Positions 1-7,872 of a DNA stretch of 57,359 nucleotides are shown here, one piece after another; positions within the stretch are counted from its first letter, which is position 1; every line of letters starts with the position of its first letter. A model generated the notes under the pieces. That model was not told where the DNA came from. It worked only from the letters and a program-made list of their open reading frames with translations, and did not search any database. The translations under genes were made by a program, and so were the position numbers. Source of the stretch: a bacterium. Its GTDB lineage: Bacteria > SAR324 > XYD2-FULL-50-16. The stretch covers positions 1 through 57,359 of the forward strand of contig JAVVEA010000003.1 of NCBI GenBank assembly GCA_032250835.1, read 5' to 3'.

Positions 1-72
1 GTTTGATAGGCTGGGAGTGGAAGTGCAGTAATGTATGCAGCTTACCAGTACTAATCGACCGTGAGGCCTTCT
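1..72 (+). rRNA. rrl: 23S rRNA, 3' end (partial)
   Basis: GTTTGATAGGCTGGGAGTGGAAG...TACCAGTACTAATCGACCGTGAGGC resembles the conserved bacterial 23S 3' terminus, and 5S follows. The end coordinate is approximate. Confidence 0.9.
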
Positions 73-221
73 AAAGCTTCCCAATCGGGCGGCCTGGAGC
101 CGGTTGGTATCTTAATCACCTAATTCACTGTTGGGTATTTAAATTCTTGAGTGGCACTCAATTGGATCAGATTTGAACGCATGCGCGTCTTAGTGAGCAT
201 TAGCTCCTAAGCGCAACCGGT

Positions 222-337
222 TTCCGGTGGCTATAGCGAGGGGGTCACACCTGTTCCCATACCGAACACAGAAGTAAAGTCCCTCAGCGCCGATGGTACT
301 GCAAGGTTTCCTTGTGGGAGAGTAGGTCGCCGCCGGA
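222..337 (+). rRNA. rrf: 5S rRNA
   Basis: TCCGGTGGC...CACCTGTTCCCATACCGAACACAGAAGT...CGCCGATGGTACTG...GGGAGAGTAGGTCGCCGCCGGA; the two ends pair, length about 116 nt. Confidence 0.97.
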
Positions 338-340
338 TTT

Positions 341-391
341 AAAACACAAAAGGCCAGAGTAAGCACAGCTTACTCTGGCCTTTTGTGTTTT
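341..391 (+). terminator. Intrinsic terminator of the rrn operon (probably bidirectional)
   Basis: Perfect 24-bp inverted repeat AAAACACAAAAGGCCAGAGTAAGC / GCTTACTCTGGCCTTTTGTGTTTT with an ACA loop, directly after 5S. Confidence 0.9.
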
Positions 392-613
392 TAGGCTGAT
401 GACCCAATCTTGCAGGTAAACCTTGCAGCGCGCCGCCGATGACAAGGCTTCAATCGCATCCCAAAACCCTTCGGTGTAGGGACCAGCGCACGAGAGCGAA
501 TATCTCCGTTAACGCAAAACCTTTGTGATCTGCGAGGCCTTGTGGGAGAGTAGGTCGCCAACCGATTCTTGGTTCTCCCCGCTTTTGGCTAACGGCAGGT
601 TGGGACCCCAAAC

Positions 614-651
614 AAAAAGCCTAACTAAGTGAATGCCTAGTTAGGCTTTTT
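614..651 (+). terminator. Second terminator-like hairpin
   Basis: 14-bp inverted repeat AAAAAGCCTAACTA / TAGTTAGGCTTTTT followed by a T run. Confidence 0.75.
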
Positions 652-868
652 TTGTTTTCAGCTGATGACCCATTCCTGCAGAGAAGCCTTGCAGCGCGCC
701 GCCAATGACAATTCTTCAATCGAAAACCAGAAATTTTCTTTTTTCAGGGGGGCCGCGCGTGGGAGAGAATCGCAACCCCACAAAGCTGCGCTTGGCCCTG
801 GCCCCGAGGGTCGCCAATCGATTGGTTGGTTCTCCCCGCCTTAGCCTAACGGTAGGTTGGGCCACAGG

Positions 869-910
869 AAAAAGAGCCAGAGTAAGAATTGGGTACCTTG
901 GGCTCTTTTT
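869..910 (+). terminator. Third, degenerate terminator-like hairpin
   Basis: Outer stem AAAAAGAGCC / GGCTCTTTTT; the left arm keeps GCCAGAGTAAG from the first terminator. Confidence 0.55.
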
Positions 911-1141
911 GTTTTGCCTTTTGTAGCTGCACCATCATACCGCAATGCTATCGGATCACCGAAGACTTTTCATGGGGATCCAGCGAAAGACCAAGCCAAC
1001 GCAAATGAGCCCCATTGCCAGCTTGCTGCAAGGATTCCAGTTAAACCCACAAGGCCTTGCTGGGTTGGGGCCGCAGGTGGACAATAAAATCCAACCTACA
1101 AAGCTGCGCCGCTAAGACCATCAATCCACCAATCTACCGCA

Positions 1142-1246
1142 TCAGCGGTGGTCGATGCGGTTGTGCTCGATCTGGGCGAGGATGACAAAAAGAATGGCTG
1201 GGATGATTAAGGCACCACCAGCTAAAAGAAAGAATGCAGAGCCCAT
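1142..1246 (-). CDS. Small single-TM protein, 34 aa (MGSAFFLLAGGALIIPAILFVILAQIEHNRIDHR)
   Basis: Hand-translated, not in the ORF track. Strong SD AGGAGGAG just upstream of the ATG, a hydrophobic helix with a charged tail, and an AT-rich promoter-like region upstream. Confidence 0.6.
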   Translation of the reverse strand: MGSAFFLLAGGALIIPAILFVILAQIEHNRIDHR

Positions 1247-1398
1247 AGCTCCTCCTGTTTCAATAGGTCTGTGTAAATATAGTATAACATATATAAATTA
1301 AAAATTACGGAATATTTTGGGACTGCTGGATAGAACGGGGATATAGGTGGGGCATACCCTGGAGGTGAGACAGACCCGAGGCCGGGGGCAGGTGGGGG

Positions 1399-1512
1399 TT
1401 AAACTCTAGGTCGGTCTCGGTCAGACCAGAGATCGATTAAGGCGATCAAAAAATTTAGTAAGATAGGCAGTGCGGCAAAGAGGCCGACAACCATCCAAAG
1501 GGTATCCGGCAT
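1399..1512 (-). CDS. Small single-TM protein, 37 aa (MPDTLWMVVGLFAALPILLNFLIALIDLWSDRDRPRV), Fst/Ldr-like pattern
   Basis: Hand-translated, not in the ORF track. GGAG SD upstream, a hydrophobic helix and a charged C-terminal tail. Confidence 0.55.
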   Translation of the reverse strand: MPDTLWMVVGLFAALPILLNFLIALIDLWSDRDRPRV

Positions 1513-1909
1513 GATCCAACTCCAAAGGAGGTGTTTTTCAGGTTTATGCTAACAAAACCCCTGAGCTAAATCAAAAATTTCACCTGACCGAAGCCCCGCT
1601 TCTAGAAGGCGAAGGGGCTTGCTTTTAGGGATTTGGCAAAATGCAGGCAAAGCTAGATCCACGCAGGCGGCGCATCGGTGGAGTTGGAAAAAAATGGTAG
1701 AAATTGCAGGAGGGGTTGCCAGATGATCCCAAAGGTCCCCGGCCAGGAAGGCTTTAGGGGGCTGAGGGATGAATTTTGGAAATTTCTCGGCCCGAGCGGA
1801 ACCCTTAGGCAACCGTAAAGCGCCCTACCTAATCAGCCATCGGGCAAAGATTGAAGGACTTAGGGTCGGTGATCAGGACGTCACCTCCCCTTGCGTCAGG
1901 CGAGCGGGC

Positions 1910-2416
1910 TTAGTTGCGGAACAATTTGTTGGGGTCGTAATGTTTGCAGAGGTAGTCTTCAAAAGCCCGCTCTGAAACAGGATCAAAAAGGCGCTTGGGG
2001 ATGGTGAAGGCCTTGGTGCGGTCTAGGTAGAAAATAAACTCATAACCCGTTTCCATCACCTTGACCACTCGGTCCCAAGAGATGTCTTCAGAGCCGCGGG
2101 CATTTTCTGTGAAAACCCCCTTTTCACTGAATTCATAACTGATCGGGTGATGGAAGACGTCTTTGTTTTTAAACAAGGCGTTGGCTTGGAACTTGATACG
2201 CAGCGGGATCACTATGAAATAGATGATCGGCGGGATCAAGAAAAGATAAAAGGCGATGGCGGCGACGCCATCGAGATAATAAAAAACCGTCGCGAGGCAC
2301 AACGAAAAAAGGGACATCACAAAATAGACACCTTCGATAAGCCGGTGTTGTCCCAACTGGATATGGCGGAGCATTCGGAATAGATCATTGGGGGCTAGCT
2401 GGGCGGTCAATTTCAT
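1910..2416 (-). CDS. YcxB-family membrane protein
   Basis: Two TM helices followed by YEFSEKGV...ISWDRVVKVMET...AFTIPKRLF, typical of the YcxB C-terminal domain. Confidence 0.75.
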   Translation of the reverse strand: MKLTAQLAPNDLFRMLRHIQLGQHRLIEGVYFVMSLFSLCLATVFYYLDGVAAIAFYLFLIPPIIYFIVIPLRIKFQANALFKNKDVFHHPISYEFSEKGVFTENARGSEDISWDRVVKVMETGYEFIFYLDRTKAFTIPKRLFDPVSERAFEDYLCKHYDPNKLFRN

Positions 2417-2520
2417 GGGGTCTCGGTTGTTGTCGCTTAAGGGTTGAGTTGTCGGTCAGATGGTATCATAATCCCGATAAGCCCAAATGACAACTGCCGG
2501 GGCCCATAGGGAGCCGATTG

Positions 2521-2688
2521 ATGAGTCAGTTTATATTATTTATGGTCTTTTGGATATTGGGGATCGTGGCGGTCCTGGTTGGGCTTTATCTATGGTATAC
2601 CCATTGGCAGCAGCGTAAGAAAGCCGCCGCCGAAGCCGCAGACCCGCCGCCGAAGCCTAAAATGATCCAATACCATAAACTGGACTGA
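2521..2688 (+). CDS. Small single-TM protein, 55 aa (MSQFILFMVFWILGIVAVLVGLYLWYTHWQQRKKAAAEAADPPPKPKMIQYHKLD)
   Basis: Hand-translated, not in the ORF track. GGGAG SD upstream, an N-terminal TM helix followed by RKK (positive-inside). Confidence 0.65.
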   Translation: MSQFILFMVFWILGIVAVLVGLYLWYTHWQQRKKAAAEAADPPPKPKMIQYHKLD

Positions 2689-2769
2689 GCCGAAATTTTC
2701 TTTCCAATTGACCCCCGCTGGTATACATTGACCGCCAAGAGAAACACCCCTAATTACAGGTTCCCACTC

Positions 2770-3528
2770 GTGAAAGGCTTGCTCACCCTTTTTGCTCTGT
2801 GTTTGGTTTTGCCCGCCCAAGGTTGGGCCTTTGATCGTGCCGATTTAGTGGCTACGCTGAAAGACCGCAATTGCCAGCATTGCGATTTAAGTGGGGCCGA
2901 CCTGTCTACTGCTGACCTCTCGCGTGGCAATTTTGTGGGCTCCGACTTTACCTTTGCCAATTTAAAGGAAACCAACTTCTCGGGTGCCAATCTCAAGGGG
3001 GCTAAGTTCGGTTTTGATTTTTTCATGCCCCTGACGCCCGCCAAGGCTCCTGCCGATTCAACCTCTACCGAGGCGAATTCAGCGATGGAACGTTTAGGGG
3101 CGCGCCAGCTCAAAGGGGGACAGGTTTTTGCCCTGTGGGACAATAGTTATGTGAAGATTATTTTGTCCCAGGGGACCCAAATCACGGAGGCAAACTTTTC
3201 TGGAGCTAATCTGGAAGGAGCTAATTTTGTGGCCTGCAACCTTAACAACGCCCAGTTTGACAACACCTTCTTAAAAGACGCGGACTTCAGCTACGCTCGT
3301 CTAAATAAGGCCAACTTTAGCGAAGCCTTCGCTAAAGACGCGCTCTTTTACAAGGCCGACTTGCACTCGACGCTCTTCGCCCAAGCGGACCTCTCGGGCG
3401 CTTTGCTGTATAAGGCGGAATACGAAACCTCGATGGCCGCTATCTATTTTAAGCAAACCAAGCTGGGCGGGGCTTTGGATATGGTGGGTAAGCTCTGCAA
3501 AGAAGGCAGCCTGGGGCGCTGCGATTAA
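2770..3528 (+). CDS. Exported pentapeptide-repeat protein
   Basis: Signal peptide (from GTG 2770; alternative start TTG 2728), CQHC followed by many A(D/N)L/FS pentapeptides, and a C-terminal Cys pair. Confidence 0.88.
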   Translation: MKGLLTLFALCLVLPAQGWAFDRADLVATLKDRNCQHCDLSGADLSTADLSRGNFVGSDFTFANLKETNFSGANLKGAKFGFDFFMPLTPAKAPADSTSTEANSAMERLGARQLKGGQVFALWDNSYVKIILSQGTQITEANFSGANLEGANFVACNLNNAQFDNTFLKDADFSYARLNKANFSEAFAKDALFYKADLHSTLFAQADLSGALLYKAEYETSMAAIYFKQTKLGGALDMVGKLCKEGSLGRCD

Positions 3529-4808
3529 GTCCCCAGGGTGAAGATGTCGATCTTCTGGGTCTTGCCCCGGATTTCGGTGGTGCCTAGGTCTTTAGCCTTG
3601 GACTTGAAATCACTGCTGAGGCGGTGGTGGAAGTCGCTAGAGAGAATCAACCGGTGGCCTAGGTTTTTCGAAAGTTCTTGCAAGCGGCTGGCGATGTTGA
3701 CGGTGTCCCCGATGATAGTAAATTCCTTGCGGTCTTTCGAGCCCAACACCCCTTGCAACACCTCTCCATAATGCAATCCAATCCCAATCTCCATGGGTTG
3801 CAGGCCCGCCTGATGCCAAGTTTCGTTTAGTTCAGCCAAGCGGTCGGTCATCATGAAGGCCGCTTCTAAGGCTGCGTTGGCTGGGTTGGGCAGGTCCACC
3901 ACCCCGCCGAAAATGGCCATGATGGCATCACCCATAAACTTATCGACCATTCCCCCCGAGGCAACTACCGCCCCGACCATCACGTCAAAATACTGGTTGA
4001 GTTGCTCAACCACCTGTTGGGGTTGTTTGCCTTCACAGTAGTTGGTGAAACTGCGGATATCTGAAAAGAGGATGGCCACGTTTTTGGTTTCACCGACCAC
4101 CTCTTTTTTCTCTTGGATGATCTTGTTTTTTACCTCTTGGCTGACAAACTGACCGAAGAGGCGGTCTAAGCGGAATTTGTCTTCCTCTTCGGTGAGGATT
4201 TTGTTGATCAAGGCCAAGCTGTTTTTGCCGATAACACCGACCACCAAGCCGCAAAAGAACAGCACCAAGGACTTTAAGAAGTAAATGGCCGGATCGTTTA
4301 GGTCCTGTAACAGCACAGGATCAGGGCTTTGCAAAGCCATTAAGTGGTGCCGGTCTAGGTAATAGAGCGCAAAGTGCTCCACCGCCGCCAAGGCCCCCAA
4401 AAAGGTGGAGAGCCGCTTATCGAACATAAAGCCCGAGAGGAGCAGGATGAAGGTGTAAATCAAAAAGGTGGGGCCGTTGATGAAACTGACGGCACCCGAG
4501 GGGAGTTGGAAGTGGGCGATCAGATAAAGCAGGCTGGGCATGCTCACCAACAGACTAAAGAGCACGTACATGGTCGGCCCCAGCACCTTCCCGCGCTTGG
4601 CCAATAGATAGGTGCCGAGCGATAAAAAGCCGCCACTATAGGCCCAGATGATCGGGATCAGGAGGTGGGTCCCTAAGCCCAATTCTTCGTAGAGCACGGC
4701 GATGCTGCCCGCTAAAAAGGACATGATCGCGGTATATAGCGCTCCGACGGTCAAGACCTGATTGGCCTGTTCGTTGATCTGAGGGCGGAATTTTTCGGCT
4801 TCGCTCAT
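3525..4808 (-). CDS. Membrane-bound class III adenylate cyclase
   Basis: Multi-TM N-terminus; FSDIRSFT, DKFMGDA and EFTIIGDTVNIASRL (K/T specificity residues suggest ATP). Start placed at the ATG with a GAGG SD. Confidence 0.9.
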   Translation of the reverse strand: MSEAEKFRPQINEQANQVLTVGALYTAIMSFLAGSIAVLYEELGLGTHLLIPIIWAYSGGFLSLGTYLLAKRGKVLGPTMYVLFSLLVSMPSLLYLIAHFQLPSGAVSFINGPTFLIYTFILLLSGFMFDKRLSTFLGALAAVEHFALYYLDRHHLMALQSPDPVLLQDLNDPAIYFLKSLVLFFCGLVVGVIGKNSLALINKILTEEEDKFRLDRLFGQFVSQEVKNKIIQEKKEVVGETKNVAILFSDIRSFTNYCEGKQPQQVVEQLNQYFDVMVGAVVASGGMVDKFMGDAIMAIFGGVVDLPNPANAALEAAFMMTDRLAELNETWHQAGLQPMEIGIGLHYGEVLQGVLGSKDRKEFTIIGDTVNIASRLQELSKNLGHRLILSSDFHHRLSSDFKSKAKDLGTTEIRGKTQKIDIFTLGT

Positions 4809-4893
4809 AGTAGACCTCTGGCGGTGAGCCTTCACTCTAAGGTAGTCCACCTAGAATGCCAAGAAGCTGGGCGGTCGAAATCGGGCAAAAACG

Positions 4894-5688
4894 CTAGCGC
4901 CGACGCCAGGTGCTGGAGAGATAAAACCCCAGAGCCGCTAATACAATGGCCCCGCCTGGGGCAAGGTTGTATTGGTAGGAGGCGAGCAGCCCCAAGACCA
5001 CCGAAAGGACCGAAAAAACCAAAGACAGCGCCAAGGCCCGGCGGAAGCCCTGAGCCCAATGGCTGGCCGCGGCGAAGGGGATCACCATCAAGGCCCCCAC
5101 CAGCAAAACGCCCAAGACCCGAGCTGCCAAGGAAACGGTCAGTGCGGCCAGTAAGACTAAGATCCGGTTGTAGAGCCGGGCGTTGATGCCCGATGCTCGC
5201 GCCAAGTCTTCATCCAAAGCGAGAGCGAAGAGCTGCCGCCTAAAGAGCCAGACACTCAAAGACACTAAACCGCCGAGACCAGCGATCAGGTAAAGTTCGT
5301 TGGGCTGCACCCCGGCGATATCGCCGAAGAGATAGCCAAAGAGGTTGACTTGAAACCCCTGGGCCAAGCTAATCAAGACCACCGCCCCGGCCAGACCGCC
5401 CCAAAGGAAGATGGCCAGCAGAGAATCCCCGGCCTCCCCTTGGCGCTCGCGTAGGGCCTCAATCGCCCAAGCGGCCAGTAGGGAAACGGCCAGTGCCGAA
5501 AGCAACGGGTTGACCTGGATCAACAAACCGAGTGCCACCCCTAACAAGGAAACATGGGCCAAGGTGTCGGCTAACAGGCTGTAGCGCCGGGCCACCAAGA
5601 AGCTGCCGATCAAGGGCGCACAAACCGCCAGGATCAATCCGGCCGCGAAGCCTCGACGGATAAATTCAAACTGGAAGAGTTCGAGCAT
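4894..5688 (-). CDS. znuB: Zn/Mn ABC transporter permease
   Basis: RRYSLLADTLAHVSLLG, YLFGDI and GVLLVGALMVIP motifs of the ABC-3 permease family. Confidence 0.88.
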   Translation of the reverse strand: MLELFQFEFIRRGFAAGLILAVCAPLIGSFLVARRYSLLADTLAHVSLLGVALGLLIQVNPLLSALAVSLLAAWAIEALRERQGEAGDSLLAIFLWGGLAGAVVLISLAQGFQVNLFGYLFGDIAGVQPNELYLIAGLGGLVSLSVWLFRRQLFALALDEDLARASGINARLYNRILVLLAALTVSLAARVLGVLLVGALMVIPFAAASHWAQGFRRALALSLVFSVLSVVLGLLASYQYNLAPGGAIVLAALGFYLSSTWRRR

Positions 5689-6147
5689 TTACACTACCTT
5701 GGACAGCCAAATTAGGTTGAGTTGCGGCGTTAGGGTTTGGCGTCCGCTTTCGCGGTAACCTAGTTGGCGGTAAAAGGTCAGATTGTTTTCACTTAAGCGT
5801 CCGGTGAAGAGCTTTATGGTTAGGCCCGCCGGAGCCAAAGCCTCGGCTTCAGCCATCAATCGGCGGCCCAGTCCACGCCGCTGCAACTCAGGCCAGACCA
5901 CCAAAGGCCCGATCTCCCAGTGGCGGTTTTTGAGCTCCGCGCGGACCGAGCCCAATAGAGCCCTTTGTTCGACTAGTTTATAGACTACCCCCCGAGCAAT
6001 GGCGGCACGCATTTCGGCCAAGTCGTCGGCAATCGGGGGGATCACCATGCCCGGATAAAGGGCCGCTTCGCTCGCATAGGCGGAACGCTGCAAGCTCAGC
6101 AGTGCTTCGGCGTCTTCAAGTTGGGCAGGCTCAAATTGGGGCGTCAT
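5689..6147 (-). CDS. GNAT-family N-acetyltransferase
   Basis: Motif A VWPELQRRGLGRRLM and motif B NLTFYRQLGY. Confidence 0.88.
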   Translation of the reverse strand: MTPQFEPAQLEDAEALLSLQRSAYASEAALYPGMVIPPIADDLAEMRAAIARGVVYKLVEQRALLGSVRAELKNRHWEIGPLVVWPELQRRGLGRRLMAEAEALAPAGLTIKLFTGRLSENNLTFYRQLGYRESGRQTLTPQLNLIWLSKVV

Positions 6148-6897
6148 TTAATGGTGGTGGTGCAAGACCGACTGAGTTTGGGGCCCAAAGACTTGCTCCA
6201 TCACCTCTTCTTTGATGAAGTTTTCCGGCGGGCCGTGGCAAATCAGTCGTTTGTTTAAGCAAAGCACATGGCTCACCTGGGACGCAATACTGCCCAGGTC
6301 GTGGGACACAAACAACAGCGTTAGCTTCAGTTCCTTGTTGAGCTGCGCCAAAAATTGGTAAAAGCGGTTTTGGGCCGAAAGGTCCACCCCCGCAACAGGC
6401 TCATCCAGAAACAGCAATTCAGGACCGGCGGCCAGGGCACGGGCAATATAGACCCGTTGGCGCTCGCCGCCCGAAAGGTCCGAAAGATTCCGGTTCAGCA
6501 AAGGCCCAATCTGGGCCAAGTCAATGGCTTGAGCCATCGCCAAGCGTTCGGCGCGGCCCATGCGCTGCCAGGGTTTTAGCCTCGCGGCGAGCCCGGTTTC
6601 GATCACCTCGGCCACGCTGGCGGGAAAGCTCAACTGACCGGTCCCTTGGTGCTGGGGGACGTAGCCTAGCTTGTGGTGGTCTTTGAATTTTGAACGGCGC
6701 TGGCCAAAGAGTTCGATGCTCCCGGTCTCCGGTTGGCTCAACCCTAAAAGCAGCCGCAACAGGCTGGTCTTTCCGCCGCCGTTGGGGCCCAAAATCCCCA
6801 CATACTCACCCCGCTGGACCCTAAAGCTGATGTTTTCTAAAACCTTCTGTCCGTTGAGGCTAAAGTTTAGACCCTGGACCGAGATTACCGGCTGCAT
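6148..6897 (-). CDS. znuC: Zn/Mn ABC transporter ATP-binding protein
   Basis: Walker A GPNGGGKT, LSGGERQR, LDEP, SHDL and a His-rich C-terminus. Confidence 0.88.
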   Translation of the reverse strand: MQPVISVQGLNFSLNGQKVLENISFRVQRGEYVGILGPNGGGKTSLLRLLLGLSQPETGSIELFGQRRSKFKDHHKLGYVPQHQGTGQLSFPASVAEVIETGLAARLKPWQRMGRAERLAMAQAIDLAQIGPLLNRNLSDLSGGERQRVYIARALAAGPELLFLDEPVAGVDLSAQNRFYQFLAQLNKELKLTLLFVSHDLGSIASQVSHVLCLNKRLICHGPPENFIKEEVMEQVFGPQTQSVLHHHH

Positions 6898-7793
6898 CCG
6901 AGGCCTCGGCGTAGATGTGACAGGTTGGCGTGCATCAATTCGAAGTAACCCAAGCCCGCTTGGGCCTCTTTAAGGCTTCGGTTGCCCAGGGGGTGAAGCT
7001 CCAGCAGAGCTAAGCCGGTTTCTTGGGCTAAGGTCCGCGACAGACGGTTGTCGCTCAAGGATTCGTAAAAGATGGCGTCCGCCCCAGAGGTACGAGCCTC
7101 GTTCACCGCCGAAACCATCTGCCGCAAGCTAGTTTGGGACTGGGCCGAAAGCTCGTGCAGCGCAAAACTTTTTAAGTGGTAGCGCGTCGTCAGGTAGTCC
7201 CAAGCGTCATGGCTGACTACCATAGTACGCCCTTGGCACTTGGCTAGGCCCTGGGCGTATTGTTGGTCTAGGGCTTTGAGCTTGGCCCCCAGTTGGTCCA
7301 ACCGGGATTGGATACGGGTCTTGGCCGGGGCGTTCATTTCGCCTAGCTGGTCGGCCAAGAGTTCGGCCACTTCCAGGAACATCATGGGGTCCAGCCAGAG
7401 GTGCGGGTCAAAGCCATGTTCATGACGGTCCTCACCGGCGTCCAGGTCGGGGCCATGCTTTTGGTTGCTGCTAGGGAAATACTCAGATAGCCGGATCACG
7501 CGGCCCCCTTGGCGTTCGATCTCCTGCGCCAACCGGTCCGCCCAGGGTTCTCCGGGGGCGCTGTTGTAGACTAATAACTTGGCGCTAGACGCTCGGGTTA
7601 GGTCCGTTAAGCCGGGGCGGTAGTCGTGGGGGTCTAGGCCCGGTGGCATCAGGTTGACGACCTGATAGTCCGAACCGCCCAGTTGCTCTAGTAAAAAACT
7701 TAAGGGGTAGTTGGCGGCGGTGAGGACCCCTTGGGATCGAGCCAGGCTGGGTTGAAGTAAAAGGAAAATAAACAGGGGTATTAGCAATCGCAT
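6885..7793 (-). CDS. znuA: Zn/Mn ABC transporter substrate-binding protein
   Basis: Signal peptide; DPHDY, HEHGFDPHLWLDP and SHDAWDY metal-ligand motifs. Confidence 0.88.
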   Translation of the reverse strand: MRLLIPLFIFLLLQPSLARSQGVLTAANYPLSFLLEQLGGSDYQVVNLMPPGLDPHDYRPGLTDLTRASSAKLLVYNSAPGEPWADRLAQEIERQGGRVIRLSEYFPSSNQKHGPDLDAGEDRHEHGFDPHLWLDPMMFLEVAELLADQLGEMNAPAKTRIQSRLDQLGAKLKALDQQYAQGLAKCQGRTMVVSHDAWDYLTTRYHLKSFALHELSAQSQTSLRQMVSAVNEARTSGADAIFYESLSDNRLSRTLAQETGLALLELHPLGNRSLKEAQAGLGYFELMHANLSHLRRGLGCSR

Positions 7794-7872
7794 GGCAGGC
7801 TTTGGGGCTTGAGATTGAGCCGTTAAATTAGCCCCCCAGGGCGGTGCTTGGCAAGGTTATAATCGGGCCCCA

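Larger units (their letters stand above)
310..910. repeat. Degenerate tandem repeats made of the 5S 3' end, a terminator hairpin and downstream blocks
   Basis: CCTTGTGGGAGAGTAGGTCGCC is identical at 310-331 and 538-559. The 62-nt block 395-456 matches 661-722 at 54/62 positions. Block 553-604 resembles 809-861. Three A/T-flanked hairpins are present. Confidence 0.85.

Noticed and set aside
310-910. CRISPR array or a second intact 5S/tRNA gene
   Set aside because: The units are long and degenerate with no constant repeat and unique spacers, and there are no cas genes. Only about 22 nt of 5S is copied, and no cloverleaf was seen.
705-1087. ORFs 705-926 and 857-1087
   Set aside because: They run through the repeat and terminator region, with no SD or protein-like features.
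1549-1975. ORFs 1549-1812 (-) and 1769-1975 (+)
   Set aside because: No motif or clear SD; cannot be supported, although a real small gene is not excluded.
2770-3528. Qnr-type quinolone resistance gene
   Set aside because: The signal peptide and Cys caps indicate an exported pentapeptide protein, not a cytoplasmic gyrase protector.
7794-7872. Zur/Fur box upstream of znuA
   Set aside because: No convincing AT-rich inverted repeat is visible.
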